Below are positions 43,518 through 52,911 of a stretch of DNA of 64,000 nt, piece by piece. A model generated the notes under the pieces. The model was not told the origin of the DNA. It did not search any database and was given only the letters and a program-made list of their open reading frames with translations. Positions within the stretch are counted from its first letter, which is position 1. Each line of letters opens with the position of its first letter. The translations under genes were made by a program, and so were the position numbers. Source of the DNA: a virus; IMG/VR virus record IMGVR_UViG_3300028840_003924, positions 1 through 64,000 of that record; one strand, 5' to 3'.

Positions 43518-44591
43518 ATGAGACGATTTGATGAGTGGTACGACGAATATCTCTTACAAGAGGCCGATCCGACTGTTCTTAGCCCCCCACCGGGCCCACC
43601 CGGTGGGCCACCAAAAGCAAAAGCACCATCGTCTTTCGGCCAATGGGCAGCACAACGACAAACGGTACCGCAAAAAATAGCCCAAACTGGGCTATCCATG
43701 ATTGGTAAGGGGGGCGACCCGAAAACTACCTTGCGACAAGGGGAAGAAGCCCAACGTCTAGCAGCCCTAGGATACCAGTATGAAGACTTTGGCGACTATG
43801 TCGCCCGAGATGTTCAAGATAGAAAATCAAAGGAACTTGCTCAAGCCCTTTTCGATACCTTCAAGCGAAAAGCGCCATCTGCAAGCGCAACCACCGAAGC
43901 AGCGATGGCTGAAGCAGCTAAACAAACAGCAGAGCTTATCACTAAAGGTGGCGAACTCGGGGCAGAATCATTTACCGATATGCTTACAACGGTTCATAGG
44001 GATACAGCCATTGACGATCAAACTAAGTCGCAAGCATGGCCAGACCATTTGACTGTCTTTACGCAAATGGTAAGCCCAACTTTCCTCGCAAGACCAGATT
44101 TGTGGTATAGACCCTATATTAACGATCCCAAACAACGACTACACACCGCAGCCTCTGTCAACAACGGTAGCTTTTCCGCTTACGACGAAAAGTGGGAGAA
44201 GGATGAAAGAAATGTGGCAGCGAAAGTCGCTCAGGCAGGTGAGGAGATCGACGTTATTAACACTGTGGCATCTTCCGTTCCTGCGGGTACCGTCCCTTAT
44301 GATCTGCTGAAATTATTTGCCGACCGTACCTACCAACAAATCGAGAAACAGGGAGGGAAGCCAAAATATGACCGATATGATGCCGATAGTCGCTTATGGG
44401 CGCTCTCTATGGAATACGCCCAAGGGCAACCTAGACCACCGACACCACCCCCTGTATCGCCACCACCGGTAACACCACCACCACCACCACCGGTAACACC
44501 GGCACCACCAGGGGTACCGGGAGGACCGGGAGTTCCGGCGCAACCACCGGGAGTGCCGGTTACGGGAACTAGAGGTTCAAGACTTCCCTAA
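43518..44591 (+). CDS. Putative internal head protein with Pro-rich termini
   Basis: MRRFDEWYDEYLLQE N-terminus; CTAGATAG upstream. Confidence 0.65.
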   Translation: MRRFDEWYDEYLLQEADPTVLSPPPGPPGGPPKAKAPSSFGQWAAQRQTVPQKIAQTGLSMIGKGGDPKTTLRQGEEAQRLAALGYQYEDFGDYVARDVQDRKSKELAQALFDTFKRKAPSASATTEAAMAEAAKQTAELITKGGELGAESFTDMLTTVHRDTAIDDQTKSQAWPDHLTVFTQMVSPTFLARPDLWYRPYINDPKQRLHTAASVNNGSFSAYDEKWEKDERNVAAKVAQAGEEIDVINTVASSVPAGTVPYDLLKLFADRTYQQIEKQGGKPKYDRYDADSRLWALSMEYAQGQPRPPTPPPVSPPPVTPPPPPPVTPAPPGVPGGPGVPAQPPGVPVTGTRGSRLP

Positions 44592-44758
44592 CGTTTCTTC
44601 ATACGTTTCTTCATACCACGAGATGGTAGTTCAACTACAGGAAGAGCTTGCGGTCGACCACGCTTGGCGTCATCACGATGTAAAGCAGCTACTCGGCCCA
44701 CGGAAGGGGTCGGTTCTCTCAAGCCTTCGTTTTGTAATAGCCAGTCTTTGAATCGCAT
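44588..44758 (-). CDS. 56-aa putative internal head peptide with basic tail
   Basis: MRFKDWLLQNEGLREPTPSVGRVAALHRDDAKRGRPQALPVVELPSRGMKKRMKKR*; absent from the ORF track. Confidence 0.65.
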   Translation of the reverse strand: MRFKDWLLQNEGLREPTPSVGRVAALHRDDAKRGRPQALPVVELPSRGMKKRMKKR

Positions 44759-44804
44759 GATCTTACTCTATATATGGCAGTGATCCCAAACATGAGAGAA
44801 TCGG

Positions 44805-45314
44805 ATGAACAAGAAACCACAGCTTTTGACCCTTTTGGAAGTCAAGCACTATCGTGACGGCAAATGCATCTGGGAAGAACACAATATCCCCAACACATGG
44901 CACAACGAAGGTCAGGAGTTCGTTTTAGCGAACAGTTTCGATACCGACTTCGGCACCTCAATACCGGATTACTACTACCTTGCCCTCGATAATCGCACCA
45001 CGCTTTCAGCTACTGACACTATGGCTAGCATTACAGGTGAGCCCACTAGTAATGGTTATGAACGTGTGGCCATTAGTTCGTCCGCAGGATTCGTAATTGG
45101 TGCTGAGTCTGGGGTAGTAGAGGCCACAAGTGCTATCGTCACTTTCGTCGCAACCATCGGTTCCTGGGGCCCGGTACGGAACGCTTTCTTAACAACACGG
45201 GATGACAATGGTGGTTACCTAATTGCTAGCGCTGCCCTCAGTAGCATACGCACCGTGAATCCTGGTGATTCCATCACCATCAGAATCAACCTATCATTAG
45301 CTGGTTGTTCCTAA
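44805..45314 (+). CDS. Phage tail/baseplate-associated structural protein
   Basis: YLAL...EP..NGY.RVAI...F.A...WG.V...L...RTV..GD pattern of virion beta-proteins. Confidence 0.7.
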   Translation: MNKKPQLLTLLEVKHYRDGKCIWEEHNIPNTWHNEGQEFVLANSFDTDFGTSIPDYYYLALDNRTTLSATDTMASITGEPTSNGYERVAISSSAGFVIGAESGVVEATSAIVTFVATIGSWGPVRNAFLTTRDDNGGYLIASAALSSIRTVNPGDSITIRINLSLAGCS

Positions 45315-45742
45315 ACCAACGTCTTGAGTAAGACTTCCGAATCACTGATGTTGACGAAGTTCAAGACAGGGTAGATAGTTTCTTCGATCTCCCACTTACC
45401 CTTGTATACGAAATTCACGGAAGCTGCGCCAAGGTCTTTCGGATCAAGCAACTTGCCACGAACATTCTTACTTATCAAGCTTAAGTAAAAGCCAACCTCT
45501 TCGGGCTCGATAACTGCGCTTCTCTTCTTGTTGGTCACTCTATAACGACAGATGATCTCACTAGCAGGCTCATCAGTAGTGGAATTTCGGCGATTTTTCT
45601 TGGGCAATCCGCTGCTCCAAACGGGAACATACCAACCGGTTGTCGTGATCAAAGTGCCGTCAGAATTGTACAAAGCATACCGCTCACCTCTATCGAGGAA
45701 AATGTAGTGCGAAATCACAAGACAAATCGATTTGGAAGCCAT
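45311..45742 (-). CDS. Hypothetical protein
   Basis: 143-aa ORF; AGGAG SD. Confidence 0.6.
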   Translation of the reverse strand: MASKSICLVISHYIFLDRGERYALYNSDGTLITTTGWYVPVWSSGLPKKNRRNSTTDEPASEIICRYRVTNKKRSAVIEPEEVGFYLSLISKNVRGKLLDPKDLGAASVNFVYKGKWEIEETIYPVLNFVNISDSEVLLKTLV

Positions 45743-45788
45743 TCAAACATCTCCTATATACATTAGATCGTCAATTCGGAGATTCGGC

Positions 45789-46754
45789 ATGAATGATTTT
45801 GGGCGTTTACGCTTCGCTATCACCCTCTTTGCTATTTTTGCACTTAGCTTCGCCCTTACTCTGGACCTCAAAAAGTCGCCGATAATGCCCCCAACAATCA
45901 TTGAACTGGGTCCTAAACTTGGCATGCCGGTCATAAAAGTCAACCTCCCAGAACTGAACGGGCGTGAACCAATCGCTAAGCGGTCCACACGGTTTGAAAC
46001 TTACTTACAATGCTCTGTCAAGATTCATGTCAAACAAGGAATTGGCTCTGGGACCATTTGCTACTATGACGAAGCAACCAACGAAGCATACATCATATCG
46101 TGCGGACATCTTTTCAAAGGTACGAAGAAACCCAACCAGCGAACTTCCGACTATGCCAAGATCAACGTCTTCTACAAGAATGACTATAAACTGGACACTC
46201 CACAACAGTTTGATGCAAAAGTTCTCTGTTATGACCAAACTACCGACTTGTCGCTATTGATGTTCAAACCCGACTGGCCGATCCAGAGCTACTTCCCCAT
46301 CGCACCACTCGATTACCCAATTATCTGGGGAGAGGACCTCGAATCCACCGGTTGTGACGGGGACACACCCCCAGCAGCATACACCGTGTCCATGGTCGAG
46401 GAGGATGAGGGCAACTTGATCTCAAAAGACAATAGCCCCCGACCCGGTCGATCCGGAGGCGGTTTGTTTAGCCCAGATGGTTACCTGATTGGTGTTGTTT
46501 GGGCTACATCTGACGTATCGGGAACGGGCTATGGTTTCTATATTCCATTATCTCGTATCCACGCATACCTATCGCAGTTTGATGAGGTGGCGTGGCTTTT
46601 GGAAGGTGGGGAACAATGGAGCATTATCAATACGCTGCCGCTTCAAAAGCCGGATGGCCGCACCGGCAACTTGCCGCCAAGGTACCTCCCATTACCTCAG
46701 AGTCGCTCAACGATCTTTCGGGAACATTCAGGGTCGGCGATGCGTAGGAATTGA
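45789..46754 (+). CDS. Trypsin-like serine protease with N-terminal signal/TM segment
   Basis: GSGT, SCGHLF (His), DLSLL (Asp), PGRSGGGLF (Ser). Confidence 0.88.
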   Translation: MNDFGRLRFAITLFAIFALSFALTLDLKKSPIMPPTIIELGPKLGMPVIKVNLPELNGREPIAKRSTRFETYLQCSVKIHVKQGIGSGTICYYDEATNEAYIISCGHLFKGTKKPNQRTSDYAKINVFYKNDYKLDTPQQFDAKVLCYDQTTDLSLLMFKPDWPIQSYFPIAPLDYPIIWGEDLESTGCDGDTPPAAYTVSMVEEDEGNLISKDNSPRPGRSGGGLFSPDGYLIGVVWATSDVSGTGYGFYIPLSRIHAYLSQFDEVAWLLEGGEQWSIINTLPLQKPDGRTGNLPPRYLPLPQSRSTIFREHSGSAMRRN

Positions 46755-47035
46755 AGGCATTTCATCGAAGTGTCGAAATCACCACAGCACTCGTAAATCT
46801 TGTCCGCCTTGTCAACATATTCTTCAACAATGTCAGATACCACCGTAGGTCCGAAGAGGACTTCGTATCGTTCTTCCGCATCGAAGTAAGACAAGAACAA
46901 AGAGGCGGCAATGCGACGTAAGGCTTCTTCCCGTCTTGTTCGGGGCGTGTCCTTTGTCTTCCGCACGGCGAATAGCTTCTCTACCGCATCTCGCTCAGCC
47001 TGTAGCTCCACATCAGTTTGAGTAAGGTGTGTCAT
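46697..47035 (-). CDS. Hypothetical protein
   Basis: 112-aa ORF; AAGGAG SD. Confidence 0.6.
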   Translation of the reverse strand: MTHLTQTDVELQAERDAVEKLFAVRKTKDTPRTRREEALRRIAASLFLSYFDAEERYEVLFGPTVVSDIVEEYVDKADKIYECCGDFDTSMKCLQFLRIADPECSRKIVERL

Positions 47036-47077
47036 ACTAACTCCTTTTAGACTAAGAGAGTTAGATATAGCGATTTA

Positions 47078-47665
47078 TCAATAACCAGCAGCAACCAGGG
47101 CATTGCTAAGATAGGCATCTATAACTTCCCAAAGGCCAATCCTCTTTTCATCATAGGGGTCATTTTTGAGAATGACTTCATTTAACCTACGGGCTTGTGA
47201 CAGGTCGATTGGTTGGTTACTGAAGTATTTCATATTTAGGAAGGCATCTTCGTGGTGAGTTGCCAACTCACCATCTACACTCACCAAGGGCTCTTTCTCA
47301 GCCATGTGAGACCCTTTACCATCATAGAACTCCCTCCACACACGGGTAGCCTCGGGATTCATCTGAGTTCTTACACGGTTGGGGCAAAGGCCGTTGGGCG
47401 ACAACTGCATACCGATAAGGTAGATGATTGGTCCGAAACCGTGTTCCGCAGCCACCCCCTCTGTCTCTTGGCAGTCATATCTTGCATTGTAACGAGTCTG
47501 AAGTGCCGCAACGACACCCTCATCGCTAAACTCGGTTCGCCGCAAGAGCATATTCCGTACCGACTCAGGACGATAGAGTCCGATCAGGCCGTCTGCCTGG
47601 AATAAAGCCAGACCATGGATATTCGGTAAGTTGGCTTCGGCATAGAAGTATTGGGCAAATCTCAT
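47078..47665 (-). CDS. Putative internal head protein with GNAT-like core
   Basis: MRFAQYFYAE N-terminus; VAAEHGFGPIIY...GLCP.R...PEATRVW..FY resembles acetyl-CoA-binding motifs A and B. Confidence 0.6.
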   Translation of the reverse strand: MRFAQYFYAEANLPNIHGLALFQADGLIGLYRPESVRNMLLRRTEFSDEGVVAALQTRYNARYDCQETEGVAAEHGFGPIIYLIGMQLSPNGLCPNRVRTQMNPEATRVWREFYDGKGSHMAEKEPLVSVDGELATHHEDAFLNMKYFSNQPIDLSQARRLNEVILKNDPYDEKRIGLWEVIDAYLSNALVAAGY

Positions 47666-47668
47666 GCC

Positions 47669-48463
47669 CTATTTACTGAATCTGTTGCACAAAAATGGAC
47701 AGATTTCGTTGTATTCACACCTCTCACATTGTCTACCGACCCAGGCATGAACATTATCAGCATTGGCGAGTTCGATTTCTTTATAGGTCACTAGAAGTTG
47801 TTTCTTAGTTTGTTCCAAAACCTCTTCTGTGAATGGCGTGCCTACGAAGTGATTGTAATCGACGTACATGAGACCAGCAACGATGTCCTTCACATCTACA
47901 CCCAACTTCTCGTGAACCACCATCGTATAGCATTGCAACTGAAGGTCTTCGTCTACATCCTTCTGGGTCTTACACCAACGGCTCTTTTTGGTAGTCTTGT
48001 AATCGATAATCCAATGCTTTCCTTTCGACTCCACAATCCGGTCGATGAAACCATAGACGCATCGATTGTTGGGTGGGTCGAGATCGTACTCAAACCCCCA
48101 TTCGCATATGCCGCCGAAGCCGAACTTCTTTGTAAGAAGCAACACAGACCTCAAGTGCTTCGTGAGCTTGCTGGTATACGACTTTGGAAGCAACTCTATT
48201 GGCGGTTTGGGTGGTTTTTCGCCCTCAGCCAAGTCCTCCAATAGGATAACACCATCGAGACATTGACGGCGAATCTCATTGATGTCTTTCTCGCCCTCAC
48301 CTTTGACATACTCTTCGGCGATTTTGTGTACAAGCTTACCATACAGAAAGTATGGTGGGTCTGGTCGTGGTGGTGGCACCTTCAGGTGATATCGAAATTT
48401 GTACTTTTGTCTACACTCTTCCCACAACCGATGGCGGGATACGGACATATGATCAATATTCAT
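47669..48463 (-). CDS. PD-(D/E)XK exonuclease, Cas4/AddB-like with predicted Fe-S cluster
   Basis: S.S......C..KY, G.LVH...E, GFIDRI, IIDYKT, QL..Y, C.RC.Y...C. Confidence 0.9.
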   Translation of the reverse strand: MNIDHMSVSRHRLWEECRQKYKFRYHLKVPPPRPDPPYFLYGKLVHKIAEEYVKGEGEKDINEIRRQCLDGVILLEDLAEGEKPPKPPIELLPKSYTSKLTKHLRSVLLLTKKFGFGGICEWGFEYDLDPPNNRCVYGFIDRIVESKGKHWIIDYKTTKKSRWCKTQKDVDEDLQLQCYTMVVHEKLGVDVKDIVAGLMYVDYNHFVGTPFTEEVLEQTKKQLLVTYKEIELANADNVHAWVGRQCERCEYNEICPFLCNRFSK

Positions 48464-48533
48464 ATTAGTGTTATCGACATATCGGCCTGATATCTTAAGG
48501 CAAAATACTCCTTTAGGCTTTAAGGAGGGTGAA

Positions 48534-49211
48534 ATGAAGATTTTTCTACGAGACCGGAACCCAGGAATGATCAGCGCCTGGAAGAAGCACTTCTCAGAGT
48601 GTAATGATGTTGATATCTCATTGGGAGATATCTTTGAAGGCTTCAACCACAAGGTAGACGCCATCGTCAGCCCGGCCAACAGTTTTGGCTTCATGGATGG
48701 GGGAATCGATTACGTCTATAGCATGAAGTTTGGTTGGGAGATGTCTGAGCGGTTGCGTAAAGAGATTCTCGCTATCTACGGCGGCGAGCTTCTTGTGGGC
48801 TCGGCCCACGTCATCGAAACGGGCAGCGAGGACATTCCTTGGTTGATCTGCGCCCCCACGATGCGGGTTCCCATGGATGTTTCTGACACTGTAAATGCCT
48901 TCCTTGCTTTCAGAGCCGCCCTCTACGCTGTAAACCTCCATAATTGGCGAGCCGAAAACAAGGACAAAGAACTCCAAAAAATCGAATCTATCCTTTGCCC
49001 CGGTCTCGGAACTGCCGTAGGTGAAATGCCTTATACGATTTGCGCACAACAGATGCATATTGCATACCGACATTGTATCCAGAAAAATATCCCAGTCTAT
49101 GAGAACTTGGGAGATGCATATCGGGTGCATTACATGATGGTGGGAGCGATGGGCCAAACGCCTCAAACCGCAATCAAATTGGCCATTCCAAAGACCGATG
49201 ACGAAGCTTAA
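48534..49211 (+). CDS. Macrodomain (ADP-ribose-processing) protein
   Basis: GDIF, DAIVSPANSFGFMDGGID, APTM, CPGLGT; AAGGAGG SD. Confidence 0.93.
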   Translation: MKIFLRDRNPGMISAWKKHFSECNDVDISLGDIFEGFNHKVDAIVSPANSFGFMDGGIDYVYSMKFGWEMSERLRKEILAIYGGELLVGSAHVIETGSEDIPWLICAPTMRVPMDVSDTVNAFLAFRAALYAVNLHNWRAENKDKELQKIESILCPGLGTAVGEMPYTICAQQMHIAYRHCIQKNIPVYENLGDAYRVHYMMVGAMGQTPQTAIKLAIPKTDDEA

Positions 49212-50089
49212 CCGGCAAACATCTCATCGAAGCCATGATCTACAGCCCATTTAGCTAACTCGTAGACTGCCTTTGCGGCTCTTACGATACGCCCTGCGTC
49301 AAGTCCGCCCTGGTAAATCCGAGGGCCTTCACTCTCGGGGTCAGGACCCTGAGGCTCTTTGGTATACATCGTGGCCCAGTTGTAGATATCGCCTCCCATG
49401 CGATCATAAGCTCGAATGTAGTCCGAGGCTTTGAAGTTGTAACCCCGCCACTCCCCCTCCTCTTCAGGAGGCTCTTCACCGGCCAACTGTGAAACCACAC
49501 CTTGCACTGGGTCAGGACCAGCCGAAGGTAAGTCAAACAAGTCTTCAAATAGCGCTTTCGCCGTTGGGAATCCCATGTTGACATCGGGCGGCATATCTGC
49601 TTTCTCGATTGCCTGTGGATCGAGCTTAATAGGAATACGAATGACACGGGTTTTGTCTAGTTGACCACCGCTCGCCCCAAGGTACTCTCTCTTGATATCC
49701 TCGTCCGACTCGGGCCATTTTCGCAAATCTCTTGTTAGAGCATCCGCATAACTTTCTTCTCTCGGCTCACCCATTGTACCACCCACCTTTTCCACGTATT
49801 CCTTAATCTTCGTAAGGATCGGTCGAATCATATCGGGTGGGATTTCAGAATTGGGTCTATTCATATAGAGATTGACAATGCCCTCAAGGTTGAAGTGGTC
49901 GTCGCCATCTGGAGAGATTTGTTCGTATCCCATTGGTACTATTGGATGAACTGCTCGCATCAACTCATTCGTTAGACTCAGTAAATCTTCAGGAACCCGC
50001 CTAGCATGTAACTCTCTCCATTGGTCTTGGGTCATCGAAACACCCACATCCACACTCTCATTCAGTTTTACCCATTCTCTAAATCGCAT
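49208..50089 (-). CDS. Putative internal head protein
   Basis: MRFREWVKLNE N-terminus; GGAGG SD. Confidence 0.65.
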   Translation of the reverse strand: MRFREWVKLNESVDVGVSMTQDQWRELHARRVPEDLLSLTNELMRAVHPIVPMGYEQISPDGDDHFNLEGIVNLYMNRPNSEIPPDMIRPILTKIKEYVEKVGGTMGEPREESYADALTRDLRKWPESDEDIKREYLGASGGQLDKTRVIRIPIKLDPQAIEKADMPPDVNMGFPTAKALFEDLFDLPSAGPDPVQGVVSQLAGEEPPEEEGEWRGYNFKASDYIRAYDRMGGDIYNWATMYTKEPQGPDPESEGPRIYQGGLDAGRIVRAAKAVYELAKWAVDHGFDEMFAG

Positions 50090-50153
50090 TGTACCTCCGC
50101 AGAATTACTATATTGTATTCAAGTTTGGCGTCATTTCTGCCGATACTAGAAAT

Positions 50154-51182
50154 ATGCGAGTAGATCACGATAGATTCATCGAATGGGCCGAAAGGCACTT
50201 TGACGGGGTCACTGAAAAAGGATACCAAGTCTGGGTGAATGATCCATGGTGGGAGAATGAATACGGTCTACCCGATAGAGATCGCAAATGTGGCATCAAC
50301 ACAGATAAGGGCTGCTTCAACACCTTCAAAAGCGAGCGACACGGGAACATCGTTGAATTTGTGATGTTCATCGAAGGTTGCGATTGGGAAACCGCTCTGG
50401 AGATTCTCGGTGACGAGAATCTCCAGAGCTTCAATGCCAAGGTCGCTGAATTTATCCAAGGGGAGGAAAAAAGGGAACAGGAGGAGAAGCCTCCGGTCAC
50501 CCTTCCTGAAGGTAGCTACCTAATCGAATCATTAAGTCTCAACAACCAACGACGCACCTGGGCTGAAAACTATCTGAAAAAGCGGAAGATTAAGCCCACG
50601 GGTTTGATGATAGCACTTAAGAGCAAATATAGGGATCGTATCGTTATTCCTTACTATGATAAAGAAGGAAAGCTCATCTACTTCAACACCAGATCACTCT
50701 CTGGGAAGGATAAGCTCAGGTACTGGGGACCGAAGAAAGAAGAGTTCGGTGTCGGAAAGACCGATGTGCTATGGATGGGTAAATGGCCACTACAAGGAGA
50801 GACCGTCTACTTGACCGAGGGCGAGTTTGACGCCATGAGCCTTATCCAATGCGGTTTCAACGCTGCTGCCTGTGGTGGAAAGATTCTCTCCGACACTCAA
50901 ACAGAAATGCTTGCACCCTATCGAATCGCCTTGGCCTTCGATGCTGACAAAGCGGGTGAGGACATCTACGAAATCTGGCAGAAGTTGAACAATACAGAGT
51001 ACAAGAAGTTAGACAAGCGACGTAGGGTTACTATTATTCGCCCGCCCGAAGAATACAAAGATTGGAACAACTTTCTCGTCAAACACAAACCGGGACTCAT
51101 CCAGTGTTACATCGAAAGGTTTGAGGTTCCATGCAACGAAGATACGTTCACGACGAGAATGTACAAGACAAAGAAAATCTAG
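50154..51182 (+). CDS. DNA primase (DnaG/gp61-like)
   Basis: YL..R.I, RIVIPYY, YF..R, YLTEGEFDAMSL and AFDADKAG TOPRIM motifs, KDWN. Confidence 0.92.
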   Translation: MRVDHDRFIEWAERHFDGVTEKGYQVWVNDPWWENEYGLPDRDRKCGINTDKGCFNTFKSERHGNIVEFVMFIEGCDWETALEILGDENLQSFNAKVAEFIQGEEKREQEEKPPVTLPEGSYLIESLSLNNQRRTWAENYLKKRKIKPTGLMIALKSKYRDRIVIPYYDKEGKLIYFNTRSLSGKDKLRYWGPKKEEFGVGKTDVLWMGKWPLQGETVYLTEGEFDAMSLIQCGFNAAACGGKILSDTQTEMLAPYRIALAFDADKAGEDIYEIWQKLNNTEYKKLDKRRRVTIIRPPEEYKDWNNFLVKHKPGLIQCYIERFEVPCNEDTFTTRMYKTKKI

Positions 51183-51189
51183 GAGTCAC

Positions 51190-51600
51190 ATGTTATCAGA
51201 AGAGCTTACTGAAGAGCTACAATACTTTGTTGGAAAGGTTTGTACCGTCCTTACCGGACCAATGGCAATGCCGGTGGACGACAAGAGTCTTAGCACTTGG
51301 TTTACGATGCAAATCGATGGAGTTGACGGCGAGGCTATTGTCGGCACCGACATTCGACGTGGAACAAAACAAGTGTTCTTCCACCCAGTAATAGGCATCG
51401 TCGAAGAAGAGGTCCTCACAGAGAGTGATCCACGCTATGAAAAACTACAGGAGCAAGCGAAATCTGCTGTACTACAAAAACAGGCGCTACAGGCGGCGTC
51501 AGCAGAAGCCAAAACGGTACAAATAGATCAACTACAAGAACAAGCTGCGGCCATGAAAAGTAAGTGGTCGACAGCCCCAACAGAAAGAGAAAAGAAATGA
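51190..51600 (+). CDS. Hypothetical protein
   Basis: AGGAG SD, ATG 51190; LQYFVGKVCTV. Confidence 0.7.
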   Translation: MLSEELTEELQYFVGKVCTVLTGPMAMPVDDKSLSTWFTMQIDGVDGEAIVGTDIRRGTKQVFFHPVIGIVEEEVLTESDPRYEKLQEQAKSAVLQKQALQAASAEAKTVQIDQLQEQAAAMKSKWSTAPTEREKK

Positions 51601-51968
51601 ACGACAAGAACATCATCGAAACCACTCTCATCCCGTTTAAGGTGAGTGACGATCTAAACGAAACCCTTTGTAGCATGCGTGCCGGAATCGAACAAGTCGT
51701 CCGTGAAGATGAAGTGCTTCACTACGACTACCTAACCATCAAAGGTCGCCAGTTGTTTGAATTACTCTTAGTCAACTGGGCCATTAGCGCCACGGCAGCG
51801 GATCAGTTAGAGATCAACAATCGTGAAACTCTGGCCGAATGTGAGGAGCTTCTCGACGACGCAAACGAGATATTCTGCGAGCAGCTAAAACAACAAGAGA
51901 AAGATGTCTATGCAAAGGCCCGTAATGACACGATCCGTTTCCTCGCACAAAATAACCGCTCACGATAG
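51597..51968 (+). CDS. Hypothetical protein
   Basis: ATGA overlap with the upstream stop. Confidence 0.65.
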   Translation: MNDKNIIETTLIPFKVSDDLNETLCSMRAGIEQVVREDEVLHYDYLTIKGRQLFELLLVNWAISATAADQLEINNRETLAECEELLDDANEIFCEQLKQQEKDVYAKARNDTIRFLAQNNRSR

Positions 51969-51977
51969 TGAAATATC

Positions 51978-52838
51978 ATGGATAGAGATACTTGCACCTT
52001 TTGCCTTGAAGGCCAGAAAGTCTACAAGGACCCGTACTCCTGGTCATGTGATGTCTGCGGAATGAACGGTAACGACGAGTTTCCGGTACTTGGTATTGAA
52101 GAGATTGCCACAACCGAAGAGTTGGAACTACCAAATTTCGCAGCACTACCCCCGCAAGGTATACCAGGGTCTTATGGCATCTTCGGATCGAGCAGTAAGC
52201 CAAAGAAGAAGAAGCTGAAAGCTAAATGGACACGGGAAGCTATGGAAGATATCCAACAGTTCCACAAGATCGATATGTCGAATGGGATGGATGGGTTCGT
52301 TTCGGGAGAATTTCCCAAAGAGGATACTAATTCGTTAGACCAAATGGCATCGGAAGATTTACCCACTATCACCCAGATACTATACCCAGGACCTCCACAC
52401 GGAAACAGCGGCCACCGGTATACCATGTACCAAACGAGCCACCGGATTAAACGAGGTACGCTTGCTGGTATAATCGCAAGGCGTGGCCACCCACTTGTGA
52501 TGCTTGGCCAGTTCATAGATGACCCCAAAGACCCGCTCGAATCGCTCTCGTTCACAAGTGATTGTGCAATGAGTGGGCGCATTTGGCATAGCTCTGGATT
52601 TATTGAAATCAACTGGGGGCACCGCCTGCCACCAATGCATTGTATCTCGGTCGACTATGCACGAGCGCAAGGTAAGAAAGCGTTTCACCCGCCCTATAAA
52701 TGGAAAGTCGAAACGACCGCTGGGTCATCGTGGGTCTTCTATACGACCAGCAGCGCTAAAGGCGATGCAATTATACACTTGATTCGAGCATTCAAGTTAT
52801 CGTCAGATAAGATCAAGAAGCTTCAGCGAGTAGTGTAG
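51978..52838 (+). CDS. Mosaic protein with Zn ribbon and two MCP-derived segments
   Basis: CTFC/CDVC; KKLKAKWTREAMEDIQQFHKIDM versus MCP RKLKAAWSYEAQQDLRSQHNLDA; weaker match to the MCP insertion domain. Confidence 0.7.
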   Translation: MDRDTCTFCLEGQKVYKDPYSWSCDVCGMNGNDEFPVLGIEEIATTEELELPNFAALPPQGIPGSYGIFGSSSKPKKKKLKAKWTREAMEDIQQFHKIDMSNGMDGFVSGEFPKEDTNSLDQMASEDLPTITQILYPGPPHGNSGHRYTMYQTSHRIKRGTLAGIIARRGHPLVMLGQFIDDPKDPLESLSFTSDCAMSGRIWHSSGFIEINWGHRLPPMHCISVDYARAQGKKAFHPPYKWKVETTAGSSWVFYTTSSAKGDAIIHLIRAFKLSSDKIKKLQRVV

Positions 52839-52846
52839 CCCCGCCA

Positions 52847-52879
52847 GCCACCACCCGCCGCAGTGCGGCGGGTGGTGGC
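52847..52879. repeat. 33-bp inverted repeat (1-nt spacer) between convergent genes
   Basis: GCCACCACCCGCCGCA-G-TGCGGCGGGTGGTGGC. Confidence 0.9.
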
Positions 52880-52911
52880 ACTTTGATCTGCCTGCACTAC
52901 CCTACACACCT

